The translations under genes and the position numbers were made by a program. Below the pieces are notes generated by a model. That model saw only the letters and a program-made list of their open reading frames with translations. It was not told the DNA's origin and made no database searches. Below are positions 60,492-64,000 of a DNA stretch of 64,000 nucleotides, in pieces. How positions within the stretch are numbered: position 1 is the stretch's first letter; the number at the start of each line of letters is the position of its first letter. This stretch comes from Thermodesulfovibrionales bacterium (GTDB lineage Bacteria; Nitrospirota; Thermodesulfovibrionia; Thermodesulfovibrionales; Dissulfurispiraceae), in NCBI GenBank assembly GCA_026415695.1, contig JAOAGP010000064.1:368-64367 (forward strand), in the 5' to 3' direction.

Positions 60492-60741
60492 ATGCCGATA
60501 GAGAAAGACACTCTTTATGTAATGGGTTTTGAAAAAGGGCATTGGGAAGGGGCTCATATTAGAAGCACAGGTACTTGTGATTGAGGTATTAGAGGAGAGG
60601 TTTGGATTTGTGCCTACTTATTTAAAAGATAGGATTAAATCAATCAATAATAGGTTGTATTTAAAAGAACTGCTTAGATATGCCATTAGGGCAAGTAGTC
60701 TTGAGGAGTTTGAGACAAGGTATTTACAACAAGGCAAATAA
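60492..60741 (+). pseudogene. DUF4351-like small ORF (C-terminal module of Rpn/YhgA-like nucleases), interrupted by a frameshift
   Basis: ATG at 60492 follows an AGAGGT RBS and encodes MPIEKDTLYVMGFEKG, then shifts frame. The +1 frame from 60529 continues GIGKGLILEAQVLVIEVLEERFGFVP...SLEEFE. The junction is the A5 run at 60532-60536. Confidence 0.5.
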
Positions 60742-60744
60742 AAA

Positions 60745-60765
60745 GGCAGGGAGAAAACCCCTGCC
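60745..60765. terminator. Bidirectional intrinsic terminator between the DUF4351-like ORF and the pilY1-like gene
   Basis: GGCAGGG-agaaaac-CCCTGCC stem-loop. It is flanked by an A-run upstream (a T-run on the minus strand) and ATTTTAAAATTTTTTT downstream. It lies 15 nt past the pilY1-like stop. Confidence 0.7.
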
Positions 60766-60779
60766 ATTTTAAAATTTTT

Positions 60780-63700
60780 TTATTTTACCCTCAAGTCTCG
60801 CCAGTATTTCAGTTTTCCATCTGGTTTTTGTGTCATACTAACCGGTGGGGATACAGATTGATCACCAATAAAAACTCTAACACTAGAAGGGACGAGATTG
60901 CCAGATGAATCTATATATCCCTCCTTTTTTGAAACAACAGGTGAAGGGGCTAATCCACCTCCTAAGTCAATACTTCTCTCATTATTATTCCACTCCCCTC
61001 TGCAAGTTAAGTAATTAATTGCATAAAGTTTAGAGCTGCCTCCAATGCTACAAGGATCTGAGCAAGATGATGGTGGTAGAAAAGTTGTAAAGAAAATTAC
61101 TCCCCCAGTTATTACAACATCACTTAAAGACTTTTCAGAACCAGTAAAGTTGAAATACCATCCTTTTTTTGTTAAGTCATCACATGACTGTGTTGGTGAA
61201 GTTATATTTTGCAACATCCCTGATGTAAAAGTTGTTGTAAAGTCTTCTTTTACTCCATACATTCTATCATTAGTGGGAGAGTCAAGAGGGTCTGCTTTGT
61301 TACCTGTTACCCAATATACCCACCAATTGCCTTGTGGGTCTGTAGTTACCTCTATCTTTCCATAAATAGGCCTTGCTCCTTCACCACCACCTGTTGCATC
61401 AAAAAGTTTATTAACTGTCCAATTACCAGTGCCACAGCTTGATTGACCTGATTTGCAAAAACTAAACCTCCAGACATTTCCTTGTAAGTCTCCAATATAT
61501 GCATAATCAACAAAACCATCCTTATCTTGGTCAATTATTGCAGGGCTACCCGGAATACTATGTGTGAATTGTGAACCAACGAAACTTTTGAGTATTGCCC
61601 CATCACTTAATCTTACAACAAAGAAACCTTTACCTCTTGGATCTGATGAACCTCCTGAACTAAATCCGCCTCCAATAAAACCTACCCATACTTCATTACC
61701 ACTTACCCTAACCCTACCTATTGACATCCTACCCCAAGGTTCACCGAAATACTGTGCATCAGATGCACTCGGGGATATCATCCACATAAAATTAGGGCTA
61801 CCTGTATTGGTTATATCAAGTGCGTAAAAACCAGCATATTTTGTATAATCACCTCCATAAGTATGGCTTACTTGGGATGGGTCTGATGCTTTAGCCCATA
61901 AATACGATGGACTAACACACCTATCTCTTTGGTCTTTACAAGTTGTAGAACTCATCTGACATACATTGTATTTATAGCAGAAATCAGTTGATGAGCAGCT
62001 ATTACAGTTTGTTACACAGTCACCCTGACCAGATACTCCTTTCCCTAAACCAACCACAGCTATTGTTTTCCACTGTGACTTAGTTTTTGTTGCTCCGCTT
62101 CCAGTTCCAAACCAAACATCCGCTGCAGTTATCTGTCCATCAACATAGTAATGATGCAATGAACCTTCTTTCAAAAATTTTAGTTTTGTAAGTAAATTTG
62201 GAGGGATAAAACTCCATTTCTCAATCCCTGTAGCTGCGCCAAAGGCATGAAGTTGTCCGTCATTAGCACCAACAAGGATAATTTTGTTGTCCCCTGTTCT
62301 TATATTATCATTTGCATGATCTTTAAATGCCTGAGGTGAGCCAACTACATCATTAAAATAAACATTAGGGGTTCCAACTAATGCAGGATTTGAGTGGAAT
62401 ATATCTCCTAATTTTATTCCATCTGGTTTATAGGCAGTTTCACCTCTTATGTATCCTACAAGTGCATTCCTATCAGAGTCAGTAGCAACTGCAAGGTGAT
62501 TTTTGGTAATGTTAGATGTTGTGAAGTCCACTAAACCTGACCCTAAATGAGTCTTAATATTTCTTGAAGAAGCATCAGTATTTGTCAATACATCTTGTGC
62601 ATCCCAATCATGAACTGCTGGTATTGAACCATCAGAGTTTAGTGTGAATCTTCTCAATCGTCCTGGCCAAAACGGTTTACCGCTCTTTGGTTCAAGATAA
62701 GCAATAAAAATATGGTCTTCAGAAGATGTCCTCATTGTTGCTACTGCAGTTTTAGAGAAGTTGTAAGTATCATCAAGTATATCTGCAACAATATTTTGAA
62801 TTGCACTTCTCAACTGATCAGGATTATCAGCGTAATATGCCTTTCCACCTACTGCTGTGCCTCCTTCTACTGCCATTTGGTCAAGATATGCCTTAGCGGT
62901 GTCAGTCATACCAACACCTACAATGTAAGTCTTAATATCAAATGTTCTATCTTTACCACTAATTTTTACTTGCAAAGATCTCAACGCTTTGATTTTATTA
63001 ATAACCGCAGGCATCAAACTAGCCGCTGTGCCTACAGTACCATTTTCAGCAACACTTGGTAATCCGTCTGTAACATAAATAATAAAATTATTCTGACACC
63101 AATACTGTATAGGGCTTGAGCTTCCTTTAAAATAATCAATTGCAGATTGTAATGTGCCAGCAGTAGGTGTAAGTCCAGCATTCACTATGTATGAACAATT
63201 TTCAACATTACTTGTGCTCGTGCATGACATATAGCCAGTTTCGTCATTTTCATACGGATTAAGTTTTGCCAAGAGATTGTTTTTGTGGGTTGTGGTGCCA
63301 TCTTGACAAGCAAGGTGTAGATGTCCTCCACCGGGTGATGAATTTTTGAACCATGTCTGTCCAGAGTATATCCAATAGTTTCTTCTTCCAAATTCGCCTA
63401 AAAACCCTAAAGCAATATCCTCATCGGTTGGCTGAAATGCACCGTTATAAGCCGATGTGCTTCCATAACCTACAAAGCCATCGCTTGTGCCTGTCTTTGT
63501 AGTCCTACAAGTGTATGAATCACTTGTGTAGTTTGGAGGGCTACCTTCTTGGGCTGAATATGTTTGTGCGTAACAGAAAGCGTTACCTTGATTACTATTA
63601 GAATAAAAAGTTCCTGGTGTCTTGTGATAGATATAATTAGCAGTATCTGTAGGGTTTTGTATCCTCTGTGTTCTCGGAAAAACAAGTCCACAGTATCTAT

Positions 63701-63986
63701 TTCTTTGTTCAGAACCAACTGGATAATAAGTATTTGTTGGACTTGAAAACATCTCATCAAGGGTAAGAGCAGTTACTGCGTCAAAGGAAGGGTTTCTTGC
63801 CTTGCAGCAGCTATCACAAGTACTAGCACCAGTGCCAGTTTTACAATAGTTTTCACATGCTTGAAGGCATGCTTTGTCACTTTCGCTATCACCAAGAGGG
63901 CAATATGAGGCTGGATTAAAAGATGTAAAGTAGTTTGAATAGTGTAAATGATATTTACTTGCAGAGCCAACTTTGTAAGTCATCAA
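60780..63986 (-). CDS. pilY1: PilY1/PilC-like type IV pilus tip-associated adhesin with a vWA-like region and a beta-propeller; probably continues beyond the right edge
   Basis: CQNNFIIYVTDGLPS (vWA-like), ILVGANDGQLHAFGAATGIEKWSFIPP and IIDQDKDGFVDYAYIGDLQGNVWRF (PilY1 Ca-site-like). No signal peptide at the first Met, and no in-frame stop between 63986 and 64000. Confidence 0.8.
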   Translation of the reverse strand: MMTYKVGSASKYHLHYSNYFTSFNPASYCPLGDSESDKACLQACENYCKTGTGASTCDSCCKARNPSFDAVTALTLDEMFSSPTNTYYPVGSEQRNRYCGLVFPRTQRIQNPTDTANYIYHKTPGTFYSNSNQGNAFCYAQTYSAQEGSPPNYTSDSYTCRTTKTGTSDGFVGYGSTSAYNGAFQPTDEDIALGFLGEFGRRNYWIYSGQTWFKNSSPGGGHLHLACQDGTTTHKNNLLAKLNPYENDETGYMSCTSTSNVENCSYIVNAGLTPTAGTLQSAIDYFKGSSSPIQYWCQNNFIIYVTDGLPSVAENGTVGTAASLMPAVINKIKALRSLQVKISGKDRTFDIKTYIVGVGMTDTAKAYLDQMAVEGGTAVGGKAYYADNPDQLRSAIQNIVADILDDTYNFSKTAVATMRTSSEDHIFIAYLEPKSGKPFWPGRLRRFTLNSDGSIPAVHDWDAQDVLTNTDASSRNIKTHLGSGLVDFTTSNITKNHLAVATDSDRNALVGYIRGETAYKPDGIKLGDIFHSNPALVGTPNVYFNDVVGSPQAFKDHANDNIRTGDNKIILVGANDGQLHAFGAATGIEKWSFIPPNLLTKLKFLKEGSLHHYYVDGQITAADVWFGTGSGATKTKSQWKTIAVVGLGKGVSGQGDCVTNCNSCSSTDFCYKYNVCQMSSTTCKDQRDRCVSPSYLWAKASDPSQVSHTYGGDYTKYAGFYALDITNTGSPNFMWMISPSASDAQYFGEPWGRMSIGRVRVSGNEVWVGFIGGGFSSGGSSDPRGKGFFVVRLSDGAILKSFVGSQFTHSIPGSPAIIDQDKDGFVDYAYIGDLQGNVWRFSFCKSGQSSCGTGNWTVNKLFDATGGGEGARPIYGKIEVTTDPQGNWWVYWVTGNKADPLDSPTNDRMYGVKEDFTTTFTSGMLQNITSPTQSCDDLTKKGWYFNFTGSEKSLSDVVITGGVIFFTTFLPPSSCSDPCSIGGSSKLYAINYLTCRGEWNNNERSIDLGGGLAPSPVVSKKEGYIDSSGNLVPSSVRVFIGDQSVSPPVSMTQKPDGKLKYWRDLRVK

Positions 63987-64000
63987 ACCAAGTCTTAGTT

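Noticed and set aside
58963-60741. tRNA-Leu-associated genomic island or integrated element.
   Set aside because: There is no integrase, no recognisable direct repeat of the tRNA 3' end, and the tRNA 3' end points away from the cas6/DUF4351 segment. The evidence only supports a decayed accessory patch.

Overview
AT-rich (roughly 35-40% GC by eye), densely coding chromosomal window from a diderm, anaerobic bacterium. Diderm markers are lpxC, a TolC/RND efflux system, T2SS pseudopilins and a PilY1-like adhesin. Anaerobe markers are hcp, a flavodiiron protein, rubrerythrin, two iron-sulfur flavoproteins, hypD and radical-SAM enzymes. The lineage cannot be fixed from sequence alone; the gene content resembles thermophilic Nitrospirota or Thermodesulfobacteriota-type organisms. 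I support about 65 protein genes, 3 tRNAs (Ser-GGA, Leu-CAA, Leu-TAG), one bidirectional intrinsic terminator and two promoter/operator candidates. I found no rRNA, no CRISPR array, no intact transposase or integrase and no prophage. Most of the window is housekeeping: lpxC, rng, tal, ilvC, rnhA, fba, hisG, scpA, ade, rlmB, nth. The parts worth a second look are listed here. (1) A lipoprotein-signal CDA-fold deaminase with an apparent degenerate second deaminase-like half (2074-3378). (2) A tight trio of small Cys-rich ORFs, two paralogs plus a double zinc-ribbon protein (28638-29448). (3) A solitary Cys-motif Cas6-type RAMP gene with no array or other cas genes, next to a tRNA, a 336-bp AT-rich gap, a frameshifted DUF4351-like ORF and a Cys-rich PilY1 homolog (58963-64000). 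(4) An FprA-rubrerythrin-HAO-like octaheme cytochrome-Isf cluster (55009-58981). (5) A perfect FNR/HcpR-type palindrome with class II spacing upstream of hcp. (6) A gspH-N module lacking gspD/E/F/G. (7) A ferredoxin-nth-NYN/LOTUS-phosphoesterase operon. (8) The conserved but uncharacterised radical-SAM/RNase G pair. All functional calls come from motif recognition by eye in the supplied translations; no database search was run.
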